Shown here one piece after another: positions 31,700-41,637 of a stretch of DNA of 64,000 nt. How positions within the stretch are numbered: the stretch's first letter is position 1; each line of letters opens with the position of its first letter. The position numbers were made by a program, and so were the translations under genes. This DNA comes from an uncultured Gemmatimonadaceae bacterium (GTDB lineage Bacteria; Gemmatimonadota; Gemmatimonadetes; Gemmatimonadales; Gemmatimonadaceae): the NCBI GenBank assembly GCA_963790305.1, contig CAWBOC010000009.1, positions 160,001 to 224,000 of the forward strand, written 5' to 3'. The notes below the pieces were generated by a model that was given only the letters and a program-made list of their open reading frames with translations, was not told the origin of the DNA and ran no database searches.

Positions 31700-33585
31700 G
31701 TCGCCCGCTCCATCATGTAGCCGCCTGTCGGCAGTGCTGCCGCGATCCACCCGGCATCAACGCGCATGGCCGCATCGGGCAATGGAATCACCGCCGGGCC
31801 TCGTACCGGGGTCGCGGGGACACCGCCCGCTCCGGTCGCGAGCCGCGCCTCACGAGCGGGCCCGAACGTGGCATGACGCAATGTCACGATCTCCACCGGT
31901 CGCTCGAGCGTGAAGCCTGCGCGCGCCGCGTGGAGCGTGGCGAACCGCCCCGCGATGGCGGCGCCGTCGTCGTCCGGCGTGACCGGGACATCGAGCTCGT
32001 GCCCCTGCCCTACGTAACGCGCATGTGCCCACCAGCGACGGTCCGCGCCTTCGCCGGTTCGCGCAGCGAGCTCCTCGCACATCGAGGCGACCGTCGCGTG
32101 ATCCAGCTGGTCGGCGTGTTTCATGACGCTTCGCATGACATCCCGACGCTCGGACGCAATCGCCAGACCTAACGCGCTCAGCACACCAGCGTGGGGCGGC
32201 ACAAGGATGCGAGTCATACCCAGCAGTGTCGCCAGTGCGCAGGCGTGAAGAGGCCCACCGCCGCCGAAGGCGACGAGGACGCATCGCCTTGGATCGATGC
32301 CGCGCTCCACGCTCACTCGACGCAGCGCGCGAGCCATCGCGGCGTCCACAGCGGCGATGATCGCGCTCGCAACGCGGTCCACCGGCGCGGAGAGTCTCTG
32401 CGCAACCGCTTCGAGCGCCCTCCCCGCTGCCGCCGGGTCGAGTGTCACTCCTCCACTCATCCGCGACGCATCGATACTCCCCAGTACAATGTGCGCGTCC
32501 GTCACCGTGGGATCGGTGCCGCCGCGGGCAAAGGCGGCGGGACCGGGGTTCGCGCCAGCAGAGCGTGGCCCTACGCGAAGTGCACCTCCCGGGTCGACCC
32601 AGGCAATGCTCCCGCCACCGGCGGACACTGTCTCGACGAGAACCCGCGGCAGCGCGATCGGCACACCGGCGATCGCGCCCCCAGGTTCAGATAACGGCTC
32701 GCCATCGAGGACCAACCCTGCATCGGCGCTCGTGCCACCAATGTCGATCGTGAGCGCGTCCTTGATTCCCGCCGCACGAGCCACGTATGCCGCGCCGAGA
32801 ATACCGCCGGCCGGCCCGGAAAGCGCGAGCGAGGCCGCTGTCTGCGCCGCGTCGGCCGCGGTGCGCATTCCCCCGGCGGACGTCATCACCGCTGGCGCGG
32901 GATACCCCGCCTGCACCAGCTCGTCCGCCACCCGCCGCAGATACGTCCCGACGGACGGTCGCAGATACGCCTCGGCGACCGTCGTCGCCGTGCGCTCGTA
33001 TTCGCGAATCTCCGGGAGCACCTCCGACGACAGCACGACGTCCACGCCGGTGATCAGTGATCTCAGTGCGGCACCTAACGCGCGCTCGTGACGACCGTCG
33101 TGAAAGGAATGCAGCAGGGCGACCGCCACGACCTCCGGGGTGCGATCGAGAGCCTGCTGCGCCACTTTCCGGACGGCGGCGGCATCGAGCGGCCGCACAA
33201 TCCCTTGCGGCTCCACACGCTCTGGCACGCCGACGATCCGGTCATGGGGGACGAGCGGGTCCGGGTGATGCTTCGTGAGATCGTAGAGCGCGGCACGCTC
33301 CTGGCGCCGCAACTCGAGCACGTCGGTGGCACCTTCGGTCGCACAGAGGACGACGCGAGCGCCCGTCCGCTCGAGGAGCGTGTTCGTCGCGACGGTCGTC
33401 CCGTGCGCGAGGTGCTCGATGTCGTTGGGTGGAGCGCCGAGCGCACGCAATGCCTCCCGAACGCCCTGACTCTGGTCCGCCGGCGTCGACAGCACTTTCC
33501 GCCCCTCGACGCGACCATCGCCGGCGATTGCGATGAGGTCGGTAAACGTTCCGCCGACATCGATGCCGACGGAATATCCACTCAT
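31696..33585 (-). CDS. Hydantoinase A / oxoprolinase family subunit
   Basis: GIDVGGTFTD, HGTTVATN, SGPAGG, DIGGTSAD, GPRSAGANPGP, FGGGGPLHA. Confidence 0.92.
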   Translation of the reverse strand: MSGYSVGIDVGGTFTDLIAIAGDGRVEGRKVLSTPADQSQGVREALRALGAPPNDIEHLAHGTTVATNTLLERTGARVVLCATEGATDVLELRRQERAALYDLTKHHPDPLVPHDRIVGVPERVEPQGIVRPLDAAAVRKVAQQALDRTPEVVAVALLHSFHDGRHERALGAALRSLITGVDVVLSSEVLPEIREYERTATTVAEAYLRPSVGTYLRRVADELVQAGYPAPAVMTSAGGMRTAADAAQTAASLALSGPAGGILGAAYVARAAGIKDALTIDIGGTSADAGLVLDGEPLSEPGGAIAGVPIALPRVLVETVSAGGGSIAWVDPGGALRVGPRSAGANPGPAAFARGGTDPTVTDAHIVLGSIDASRMSGGVTLDPAAAGRALEAVAQRLSAPVDRVASAIIAAVDAAMARALRRVSVERGIDPRRCVLVAFGGGGPLHACALATLLGMTRILVPPHAGVLSALGLAIASERRDVMRSVMKHADQLDHATVASMCEELAARTGEGADRRWWAHARYVGQGHELDVPVTPDDDGAAIAGRFATLHAARAGFTLERPVEIVTLRHATFGPAREARLATGAGGVPATPVRGPAVIPLPDAAMRVDAGWIAAALPTGGYMMERAT

Positions 33586-35144
33586 TGGCGCCGCCGGCGC
33601 AGCCAACCTGCCGTGACGAGCGCCGCAGTCGCGATCAGCGAGCTCATCCCGAGCCAGTCACCGAGGCGAACGAAGAGTGTGGTCACTGAGGCAGTCTGCA
33701 CCTGATACGTGCGGGCCGCACTCGTCTCCAGCGCGGTCTCACCATGAAAGCGGCCGAGCGGGTCGATGTACGCCGAGATCCCCGTGTTCGCGGCCCGGAC
33801 GATTCCAAGCCGATTCTCGATGGCCCGAAACGCGAGGTGCGCCTCGTGTTGATGCGGCGCGATGCTGCGTCCGAACCACGCATTGTTGGTGATGTTGACG
33901 AGAATCTCCGCGCCGCCGCGGCGATACTCCCGCGAGAGCTGCGGGAAGATCGACTCGTAGCAGATCAGAATGCCCGCGTCGCCGAATGCATAACGAAATG
34001 GCGCCTGGTCCTTGCCGCGACCAAATCCTCCGAAATACTTGAGGCCCTTGAACCAGTTCGGGTCGAGAAACGGCACGCGCTCGACGACCGGGACAAGGAA
34101 CTCCTTGCGATACGGGCCTTGTCGCGCAATGCCGCCCGTGGTGTCCGTCGTCATCGCGGCGTTGAAAATGTCGTACTCCTGCGTCCCATCGGGCGCCCGG
34201 GTGGACAGGAACTCGACGTCGATCACGCCAAAAAGAATCGGAATACGCGTGGGCGCCGACAGAGCGCGGAGTGTGTCAGCCCACTCCGGATTCTGGACCA
34301 GATATCCCGGAAGCGCGACTTCCGGCCACACCACGAGTCGTGGCTCCCCCGATCGCGTTCCCTCTCGCGTGAGACCCGCCAGGATGGAAACGATGCGATT
34401 CAGGTTCTCCTTTTGCCACTTCTCCTCCTGTGGAATGTTCGGCTGAACTATCGCGATTGGCGCAACCGCCTGCATCGCGATCGAGCCGAGGCGCCAGCGT
34501 CCGTAAGCAACCACCGCCGCCGCCAGGACCACGACAATGCCGAGCCTGACGAGTGCGCGCCGGAGGTCCGCACGCAGGAGCCAGGCGTCCGTGAGTAGCC
34601 CTGCGGTCGTCGCGATCCAGAAGCTCACGCCGCGCACGCCAGAGAGGTCGGCAATCTGCGCCAGCGTCGGCAGTCGCGAGGTCGCCAGCCCCAGGGGCAA
34701 CCAGGGAAATGCGAGGTCGCTCATGTAGTTGATCACAACCTCGGACGCCGTCCAGATGATCGGCAGCAGGATGGCGAATGGCCACCGCGTCGCGCGACGC
34801 GCCGCGTGCAAGGCGGCGATGGTCACGCCCACGACGGGAGCCATGACGAGCACCGCGCCGATGTATCCGAGGAACGAGAGCTTGGTGTAGATCGACAGGG
34901 CGATCGCGATCCAGTAAAGCGTTAGGCCATACGCCATCGCCCCGTACCAGAATCCGAACCGGAACGCCGCGCGCACTGGCTCGCCCGCGTCCACCTTTCG
35001 CGCGACGACGATCGCCACCGGAACCAGCGTGAGGAACGCTGGCAGCAGCAGGCGAAATGGCGGGAAGGCGATCAGGAAAAGCGCCGCCGACGCGAACGCC
35101 GGCAGCGCCTCCTCTCGCACCGGGAGCCAGCCGGGGCGCCTCAC
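33582..35144 (-). CDS. lnt: Apolipoprotein N-acyltransferase
   Basis: N-terminal TM helices; QPNI, WPE, K..LVP..E, ICYE and RAANTGIS nitrilase motifs. Confidence 0.93.
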   Translation of the reverse strand: MRRPGWLPVREEALPAFASAALFLIAFPPFRLLLPAFLTLVPVAIVVARKVDAGEPVRAAFRFGFWYGAMAYGLTLYWIAIALSIYTKLSFLGYIGAVLVMAPVVGVTIAALHAARRATRWPFAILLPIIWTASEVVINYMSDLAFPWLPLGLATSRLPTLAQIADLSGVRGVSFWIATTAGLLTDAWLLRADLRRALVRLGIVVVLAAAVVAYGRWRLGSIAMQAVAPIAIVQPNIPQEEKWQKENLNRIVSILAGLTREGTRSGEPRLVVWPEVALPGYLVQNPEWADTLRALSAPTRIPILFGVIDVEFLSTRAPDGTQEYDIFNAAMTTDTTGGIARQGPYRKEFLVPVVERVPFLDPNWFKGLKYFGGFGRGKDQAPFRYAFGDAGILICYESIFPQLSREYRRGGAEILVNITNNAWFGRSIAPHQHEAHLAFRAIENRLGIVRAANTGISAYIDPLGRFHGETALETSAARTYQVQTASVTTLFVRLGDWLGMSSLIATAALVTAGWLRRRRQ

Positions 35145-36145
35145 AATCGAATCTCTTTTCCCTCGTCCGCCGACTTGTAGATCGCTTCGGCGACCCGGTG
35201 GACCGTCACCTGCTCGGTCGGTACCTCGTACACCGCCTCCTCGCGCAGGACCGCGACGAAATGCGCGAGCTCGGCGCGATACGACTGGATGAACGCGCTC
35301 TCCCGTGCGGCGGCGCCACCGGGCGATACGTCCATCGGCTTGCCATTGATCTCCTTCACTACACGGAGGGGCGCGAGGCGCGCGTTCCCGCGAGATGCCA
35401 GCACCTCGAACCACCACCGGTCCTCGTCGCCGATGTAGGACCAGGTGACGTCGAACGCGAGGGACATGCCCTGGGCGCACTCGAGGTAGACGAACATCGA
35501 ATCCTCGACCGCGCTCGCGCCGCGCGCACGTTCCATCTGTGCCGACACGCGCACCGGCTCGGGAAAGTCAGCGAGCCACAGGGCGAGATCGAGCAGCGGT
35601 AAACCGTACTCGAAGAAGGCGCCGCCCCCCGCCTCGGCACGCCGGTGCCGCCATCCCTCGAGACTCTTCTTGACCTGGTAATGTCCCGCCCGCACCCCGG
35701 TGAGGCGGCCCAGCTCTCCGCCGCGCAGAAAACGGTCGAGCGCCTGCACATCACTGCGAAATCGGTGGTTCAGTGCTGCGGCGACCTTTCGCTCCGCCCG
35801 CTGCGCCGCCCCGAGCAGACGCTCGACGCCGCGGGAGGTGAGTGCGAGCGGTCTCTCGCAGAGGACGTGAACCCCCGCCTGGAGCGCGCTCAACACGTGC
35901 GGCTCATGCAGGTGGCTCGGGGTCGAGATGATCACCGCGTCCAGCTCGTCGAACTCGAGCAGATCCTCGATATCGGTGAAGACATCGGGCACGCCGAAAC
36001 GGTCGGCGAGCGACCGGGCCTTTGGACGGTCGTTGTCGCACAAAGCTACGAGCTGCGCGCCGCGCATTTTCGAGAGCACAGGTATGTGCGCGATCTGCGC
36101 GATGGCGCCGACGCCCACCACGCCGATTCGAATGGCCGGCTTCAT
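35141..36145 (-). CDS. Gfo/Idh/MocA family oxidoreductase
   Basis: GVVGVGAIA, HVLCERPLA, AGGGA motifs. Confidence 0.88.
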   Translation of the reverse strand: MKPAIRIGVVGVGAIAQIAHIPVLSKMRGAQLVALCDNDRPKARSLADRFGVPDVFTDIEDLLEFDELDAVIISTPSHLHEPHVLSALQAGVHVLCERPLALTSRGVERLLGAAQRAERKVAAALNHRFRSDVQALDRFLRGGELGRLTGVRAGHYQVKKSLEGWRHRRAEAGGGAFFEYGLPLLDLALWLADFPEPVRVSAQMERARGASAVEDSMFVYLECAQGMSLAFDVTWSYIGDEDRWWFEVLASRGNARLAPLRVVKEINGKPMDVSPGGAAARESAFIQSYRAELAHFVAVLREEAVYEVPTEQVTVHRVAEAIYKSADEGKEIRL

Positions 36146-36801
36146 GGTGAGGACGATGAGGGTTGGCTGCCGAAGAAGTAAGTAACGACTCCGCGGCCGG
36201 ACCAATAGCGCAGATTGCTCAGCAGGTTCAGGCGCGCTTGCAGCCCGAAGCTGATGCGCCCGGCCGGCGCCGTATCCACCCCCCCGAACGCGGCGAATCC
36301 CGCCGAAATATTGTCGAGGGCGCTCTCGACGAACGTATCGTTGATGAACGGCGACTCGGCGTTGATGATGTGGGCGCCCAGGCCGGCGCCCGCGTACGGA
36401 CGCAGGACCGCGTTCGGACGGGGCGTGTAGCGCATCTCGACTTCCAGGGCGATATCCGAGACGTTGATTTCGCCCAGGTCGAGCGTGTCATCGCCGGAGG
36501 GGTCGATCACCTGCTCGCGCAGTCGCTGCTCGAAGGTGTCGACGAACTCATCGCGAAATCGCGAGCCCCAGTAGTTGGCGGAGAATACCACGCGCCATGA
36601 TCGCGCAATGTAGCCGTAATCGGCAAACACGCCGAACGACTGCGCATGCTCGGCGCGCGATGCGCGAACCGGTCCGGCGGTGACGCCGAGGGCAGTGAGG
36701 CGAAGTCGATCGAGGTTGAGCCGCTCGAAGAGTGACTGTGCGTGCGCAGAGGACGGCACGAGCGCCCCGAGCATCACCAGTGGAATGAATGCCCGGCGCA
36801 T
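36142..36801 (-). CDS. Probable outer-membrane beta-barrel protein
   Basis: Signal peptide AHAQ; amphipathic strands such as RPYAGAGLGAH and GVVTYFF. Confidence 0.6.
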   Translation of the reverse strand: MRRAFIPLVMLGALVPSSAHAQSLFERLNLDRLRLTALGVTAGPVRASRAEHAQSFGVFADYGYIARSWRVVFSANYWGSRFRDEFVDTFEQRLREQVIDPSGDDTLDLGEINVSDIALEVEMRYTPRPNAVLRPYAGAGLGAHIINAESPFINDTFVESALDNISAGFAAFGGVDTAPAGRISFGLQARLNLLSNLRYWSGRGVVTYFFGSQPSSSSP

Positions 36802-36802
36802 G

Positions 36803-38179
36803 TCACTCCACCGCGGCGAGCGAGGTTCCCGGATAGTACGTGCTCAAGATGCTGCGGAAATCGAGACCGGCCCGCGCTCGCCCGATAGCCCCCCACTGAC
36901 ACATGCCGATTCCGTGTCCATATCCTCCACCCTCGAAAGTGGCTCGCGCCAGGCGTCCGGCTGCGTCCCGTTCCGTGCGGACGGAAAAATACGTGCTGTT
37001 GAGAATCTCGCCATTGGGCACGCGCATGACGAAGCGGACGTCGTTCCCCCGAACGAGAAACCGTCCGCGATCGGTGCGTACCGCGAGAGCAGCCACCCGC
37101 CCGGAAGGCGTCTTGCCATCCACCTCGAGCCCGCTCGGCGTGCCCACGCGGCCCCCGGGCACGCTCACATATTGGGTCAGATAGCGCTCGAGGGCACTGG
37201 TGAGGACAGTGCGCTCGAGCGTCTTGGTCCAGCGGAAGCGAGGCGACGGGTCGCAGTAGAATCGGTCCGAGCCGCCAATGCGATCGCTCACGCGCCGCAG
37301 ATACGGCTCATCGCGACTCCGGTACCACACCTCGGTTACTTCGGCCGTGGATCCGCCGCACGTCGAGTGATACGGAGCATTCACCGGACGCCCGCCGTAC
37401 GTAATCACCAGACCGCGTGTCGCCCATACCGCGGCATCCGCGATCGGGACTTCCGCGTCAGCCCCGCCATACACCTGATCCTGCACCGTCGCGACGAGAT
37501 CGTACGGTCGCGCCTCGCCACCTGTCATGCGCACATAGGCGTAACTGCGCGCGGCCACAGCCTGAGCGGCGACGGCGGCCTCTTCCCCTGACACGCGCCG
37601 TCCGATCTCGAGGGGCACGACACCGCGAAGATAGTCCTCCACGTGCAGTCGATTGGCGACGAGAAGTCCGTCGTCGCGAGCGATCAGTACGATCTCGCCA
37701 CGGTACCGCTTTCCATTCACGATCATGAAGTCGTGCACTGCTTCCGGTCGGGCGATGAGCGGACCAGCACGCTCCGGCGTCACAACGCCACCGCGCACCG
37801 CGTGCACCGACCGACCGCGAGCCTCCAGCCTCCACACGTCGGTCGACGGAACCCGCAGGAGCACCCCGCCGCCACTCTGATCGATGAGGCGCCACTCCCC
37901 CGTCGCGCGAATCTCGACGGCTGGCACGCCGCTGGACAATGCGACGCGGATGAGCCGGCCCGAGGCCAAGGGGAGCGAATCGACCGGCGCCGGAATGCGC
38001 CACACGGTGTCTCGCAAGCCCGCCGTGTCGGCGGGCGGCACCAGCGTGTCGCGCCGCCACACCACGGGCGGATCAGACGGGATCGGCTGCAGCGAAGGGC
38101 CGCACGCTCCGAGCACGACACTCACGCCGGTGACGACAACGCGTCGCACCGCGTTAGGCACGGGCGTCCCCCATCGCAC
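36803..38179 (-). CDS. SpoIID/LytB domain lipoprotein
   Basis: LGAC lipobox; VEDYLRGVVPLE, AQAVAARSYA, YHSTCGG, GYGHGIGMCQWGA. Confidence 0.9.
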   Translation of the reverse strand: MRWGTPVPNAVRRVVVTGVSVVLGACGPSLQPIPSDPPVVWRRDTLVPPADTAGLRDTVWRIPAPVDSLPLASGRLIRVALSSGVPAVEIRATGEWRLIDQSGGGVLLRVPSTDVWRLEARGRSVHAVRGGVVTPERAGPLIARPEAVHDFMIVNGKRYRGEIVLIARDDGLLVANRLHVEDYLRGVVPLEIGRRVSGEEAAVAAQAVAARSYAYVRMTGGEARPYDLVATVQDQVYGGADAEVPIADAAVWATRGLVITYGGRPVNAPYHSTCGGSTAEVTEVWYRSRDEPYLRRVSDRIGGSDRFYCDPSPRFRWTKTLERTVLTSALERYLTQYVSVPGGRVGTPSGLEVDGKTPSGRVAALAVRTDRGRFLVRGNDVRFVMRVPNGEILNSTYFSVRTERDAAGRLARATFEGGGYGHGIGMCQWGAIGRARAGLDFRSILSTYYPGTSLAAVE

Positions 38180-39437
38180 GCTCTACGCGCTCCAGGGTCG
38201 CGTCGATCTCGGCATCCCCATGCGCCGCCGAGACGAACCCTGCCTCGAACGGGGATGGCGCGAAGTAGACGCCACGTTCAAGCGCGGCGTGGAAGAAGCG
38301 ACGAAACAACTGCACATCGCTCGCGCGGGCATCGGCGAACGATCGAACCGGCTCCGCACGAAAGAAGAAACCGAACATCGAGCCGGCGCTGTCAGCGGTA
38401 AACGGGACACCGAGGCGAGCAGCGACCTCGCGCAGACCGGAGACGAGACGAGTCGTCCGCGCCTCGATTTTCTGGTGCAGGGGCGGCGTCAGCAGGCGCA
38501 GGGTCGCGAGCCCCGCGGCCATCGCCAGGGGATTCCCGGAGAGCGTGCCGGCCTGATACACCGGCCCCGCGGGGGCGACCATCTCCATGAGGTCGCGACG
38601 GCCACCGTACGCGGCGGCCGGCAAGCCGCCGCCAAGGACCTTGCCGAGTGTCGTGAGATCGGCGCGCACGTGAAAGCGCTCGTGCGCACCGCCGGGAGCG
38701 ATTCGAAAGCCCGTCATCACCTCGTCGAAGATCAACAGGGCGCCAGTGTCATCGGCGACGGCGCGCAACCCGCGAAGGAAGGCCGGGTCGGGTGCGATGA
38801 ACCCCGCATTCCCCATGATGGGCTCGACAATGATGGCCGCGACCCGGGCTCCGTGGATCGCCACGGCCTCGTGAACGGCGCTCAGATCGTTGAAGGGCGT
38901 GGAGATCGTCAGGGCGGCGAGCGCATCCGGCACGCCGGGAGAATCGGGCAAGCCCAACGTCGCGACGCCCGATCCGGCGCGCACCAGAAAGGCGTCTCCA
39001 TGCCCGTGATAGCATCCGTCGAACTTGAGGATGCATTCGCGGCGGGTGACCGCACGCGCGAGGCGAATCGCGCTCATCGTCGCCTCGGTGCCACTCGAGA
39101 CGAACCGCAACATCTCGACGTGTGGCATGCGGTGCCTCACGAGCTCTCCGAGCTCCACCTCGAGCTCCGTCGGGGCGCCAAAGCTCGTTCCGCGTTGCAT
39201 CGTCTCGGCAATGGCGTCGAGCACCGGTGGCGATGCGTGTCCGAGCGCGAGTGCCCCCCATGAGAGGACGTAGTCGATGTACTCGCGACCGTCCGCGTCG
39301 AAGAGACGCGGCCCTTCCCCGCGTTGGACGACGAACGGCTCCCCACCTACGCCGCGGAAGGCGCGTACTGGCGAGCTGACTCCTCCAGGGAACAGGTCGC
39401 GCGCACGCGCCATGATCGCGGCGCTGCGACCCGTCAC
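38154..39437 (-). CDS. hemL: Glutamate-1-semialdehyde 2,1-aminomutase
   Basis: PGGVSSPVRAF, SSGTEATMSA, FDEVMTGFR, GKVLGGGLP, YQAGTLSGNP. Confidence 0.96.
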   Translation of the reverse strand: MTGRSAAIMARARDLFPGGVSSPVRAFRGVGGEPFVVQRGEGPRLFDADGREYIDYVLSWGALALGHASPPVLDAIAETMQRGTSFGAPTELEVELGELVRHRMPHVEMLRFVSSGTEATMSAIRLARAVTRRECILKFDGCYHGHGDAFLVRAGSGVATLGLPDSPGVPDALAALTISTPFNDLSAVHEAVAIHGARVAAIIVEPIMGNAGFIAPDPAFLRGLRAVADDTGALLIFDEVMTGFRIAPGGAHERFHVRADLTTLGKVLGGGLPAAAYGGRRDLMEMVAPAGPVYQAGTLSGNPLAMAAGLATLRLLTPPLHQKIEARTTRLVSGLREVAARLGVPFTADSAGSMFGFFFRAEPVRSFADARASDVQLFRRFFHAALERGVYFAPSPFEAGFVSAAHGDAEIDATLERVERAMGDARA

Positions 39438-40810
39438 CGCCCAAAGCTCCCGATGCTCGGGAGCGACACCACCGGCAACGACGCGCGCGAGCGCACGGGC
39501 ACGCGCGGACTCGCGACGACGCCCTGCTGCGTCGCGAGGAAATCGACATCGTCCTGCACGGCGGTGATCGTCATGTCCACGATCGAGCCGGGCGCGGCAT
39601 CGCCGGTGAGGAAGGTGATGCCATCGATGTCGTCCGCCTGCCAGATCGCACGCGCCTCCAGGCGATCACCGCGCCGGTCGACGATGCCTCGCACCTGCTT
39701 TCCGACGAACCGCTCATACCGCTCGGCCGTCACCGCTCGCTGCAGGTCGAGCAGGCGCTCCAGCCGCTCGCGCTTGACCTCGTCTGGCACATCGTCGGTC
39801 ATCGCGTGCGCGCGTGTCCCTTCCTGTGCGCTGTACGTGAAGGCGCCGACGCGCTCGAACTGCGTCTCCTCGAGGAAATCGAGCAACCGCTGAAAATCCG
39901 CATCCGTCTCTCCCGGAAATCCGACGATGCAGGTCGTGCGAATGGCGACGTCGGGCACGGCCTCGCGCACGCGTCTCACCTTCTCGCGAATGGTGTGCTC
40001 GCGCTCGGGTCTCCGCATACGCTCGAGGACGGCGTCCGACGCATGTTGAATCGGCATATCGAGGTATGGCGCGATGCGCGATTCGCGTGAGACGACCTCG
40101 AGCAGGCGCGGCGTGAGTCCAGCGGAGTAGAGATAGAGGAGACGGAACCACGAAATCGAGGTCTCGCGCAGCAACGCTTCGAGCAGCTCGGGGAGTCGCA
40201 CGCCCTCGCGCAGATCGCGTCCGTAATGCGCGAGATCCTGCGCGACGAGGTTCACCTCGACCGCACCCTGTCGCTCGAGCTCGCGGGCTTCGTGCATCAG
40301 CTCGTCGAGCGAGAACGACCGGTGCCGCCCTCGCATGAGCGGGATCGCGCAGAAGGCGCACCCGTGATCGCACCCCTCGCTCACCTTGAGATAGCGGACG
40401 TGGGGGAGATCACCGGTGTAGACGCGTACGCCGGGGTGCTCGACCGTCGGATCGCCAAGGACGCCGCGGCGCTCGAGCTCGGGGACGAGACGATCCATCT
40501 CGGAGGAGCCGAGGAAGAGATCGACTTCGGGAAGATGCTCGAGCAGCTCCTGCTTGTGGCGCTCGACCATGCATCCGACGGCGACGACCGCCTGGCAGGA
40601 GCCGTCCTCCTTGAGGCGGCCAGCCTCGATCAGCGCATCGATGGACTCTTTCTTCGCGGCGTCAATGAAGCCGCAGGTGTTGACGACGATGACCTCGGCC
40701 GTCGAGAGGTCGCTGACGGGCTCGGCGCCGCGGCCAACGAGGCGCGCGAGGTAGCGCTCGCTGTCGACGGTATTCTTGTCGCAGCCCAGAGTGATGAAGC
40801 CGATTCTCAC
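39434..40810 (-). CDS. rimO: Ribosomal protein S12 methylthiotransferase
   Basis: LGCDKNTVDSE, NTCGFI, radical-SAM EGCDHGCAFC, C-terminal TRAM domain. Confidence 0.95.
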   Translation of the reverse strand: MRIGFITLGCDKNTVDSERYLARLVGRGAEPVSDLSTAEVIVVNTCGFIDAAKKESIDALIEAGRLKEDGSCQAVVAVGCMVERHKQELLEHLPEVDLFLGSSEMDRLVPELERRGVLGDPTVEHPGVRVYTGDLPHVRYLKVSEGCDHGCAFCAIPLMRGRHRSFSLDELMHEARELERQGAVEVNLVAQDLAHYGRDLREGVRLPELLEALLRETSISWFRLLYLYSAGLTPRLLEVVSRESRIAPYLDMPIQHASDAVLERMRRPEREHTIREKVRRVREAVPDVAIRTTCIVGFPGETDADFQRLLDFLEETQFERVGAFTYSAQEGTRAHAMTDDVPDEVKRERLERLLDLQRAVTAERYERFVGKQVRGIVDRRGDRLEARAIWQADDIDGITFLTGDAAPGSIVDMTITAVQDDVDFLATQQGVVASPRVPVRSRASLPVVSLPSIGSFGR

Positions 40811-40862
40811 TCTGAAAAGCTAGTCGGGCGGGCAGAGCCGCTCAACGACTGGGAAGGTGTTT

Positions 40863-41363
40863 CTATCGATAATTGCCGAACTTCAGCTCGACACCAAAGT
40901 CCTGTCCGCGCAGCAGGTTCATCACCGTCTGGAGCTCGTCCTTCGAGGCCGAGCTCACACGCACCTGCTCCCCCTGAATGGCGGCGGTGACCTTTTTCAT
41001 CTTCGCTTCCTTGATGGCGGCCACGACTTTTTTCGACGTGTCGCCATCGAGCGACATCTTGAGCGCGATCTCACGACGCACGGTGTCGTTGCCGGCGGGT
41101 TTCACCTCTCCGATGTCGAGATTCTTCACCGGCACCCCGCGCTTGATGAGCTTCCCCTGCAGGATGTCCATGAGCGCGCGCATCTTGTAATCGTCGTCGG
41201 CGACGAGGACGAGCTTGCTCGCGGCGCGCTGAAAGTCGATGCTCGCCTTGGATCCCTTGAAGTCGTACCGCTGCGCGATCTCCTTCTGCGCCTGATTGAT
41301 CGCGTTATCGACTTCCTGGAGGTCGACGCCTGTCGTTATGTCGAACGAGTTCGTTTGAGCCAT
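40863..41363 (-). CDS. yajQ: YajQ family nucleotide/c-di-GMP-binding protein
   Basis: MAQTNSFDI...QEVDNAINQ..KEI.QRYDFKGS...IQGEQVRV...DELQ...FGNYR. Confidence 0.93.
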   Translation of the reverse strand: MAQTNSFDITTGVDLQEVDNAINQAQKEIAQRYDFKGSKASIDFQRAASKLVLVADDDYKMRALMDILQGKLIKRGVPVKNLDIGEVKPAGNDTVRREIALKMSLDGDTSKKVVAAIKEAKMKKVTAAIQGEQVRVSSASKDELQTVMNLLRGQDFGVELKFGNYR

Positions 41364-41406
41364 GGTCTGTTGTCTTTTCTCGAGATCGGCGACTACAACA
41401 ACATTA

Positions 41407-41612
41407 CTGGCATCCAGGTTCAAAGTTGGGACGCGGATTACGCGCATGCAGCGGAAACGGCCGGATCGCTCCTGGCGCAGAGAACTCTCCTCGCGCAGGA
41501 AAAAAACACCTGCTATTTGCTCCTGTAGAGGAGAGATCGCGACACAAGGAGTGATCCGCCAAATCCGCTGCATCCGTCTAATCCGCGTCCCAACTTTGAA
41601 CCTGGATGCCAG
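41407..41612. repeat. 206-bp palindromic (MITE-like) element with perfect 34-bp terminal inverted repeats
   Basis: 41407-41440 ctggcatccaggttcaaagttgggacgcggatta is the exact reverse complement of 41579-41612. Imperfect pairing continues nearly to the centre, with 9-mer CGCGGATTA-like units. Confidence 0.92.
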
Positions 41613-41637
41613 CCTCGCTAACGGAGGACTCCACGTA

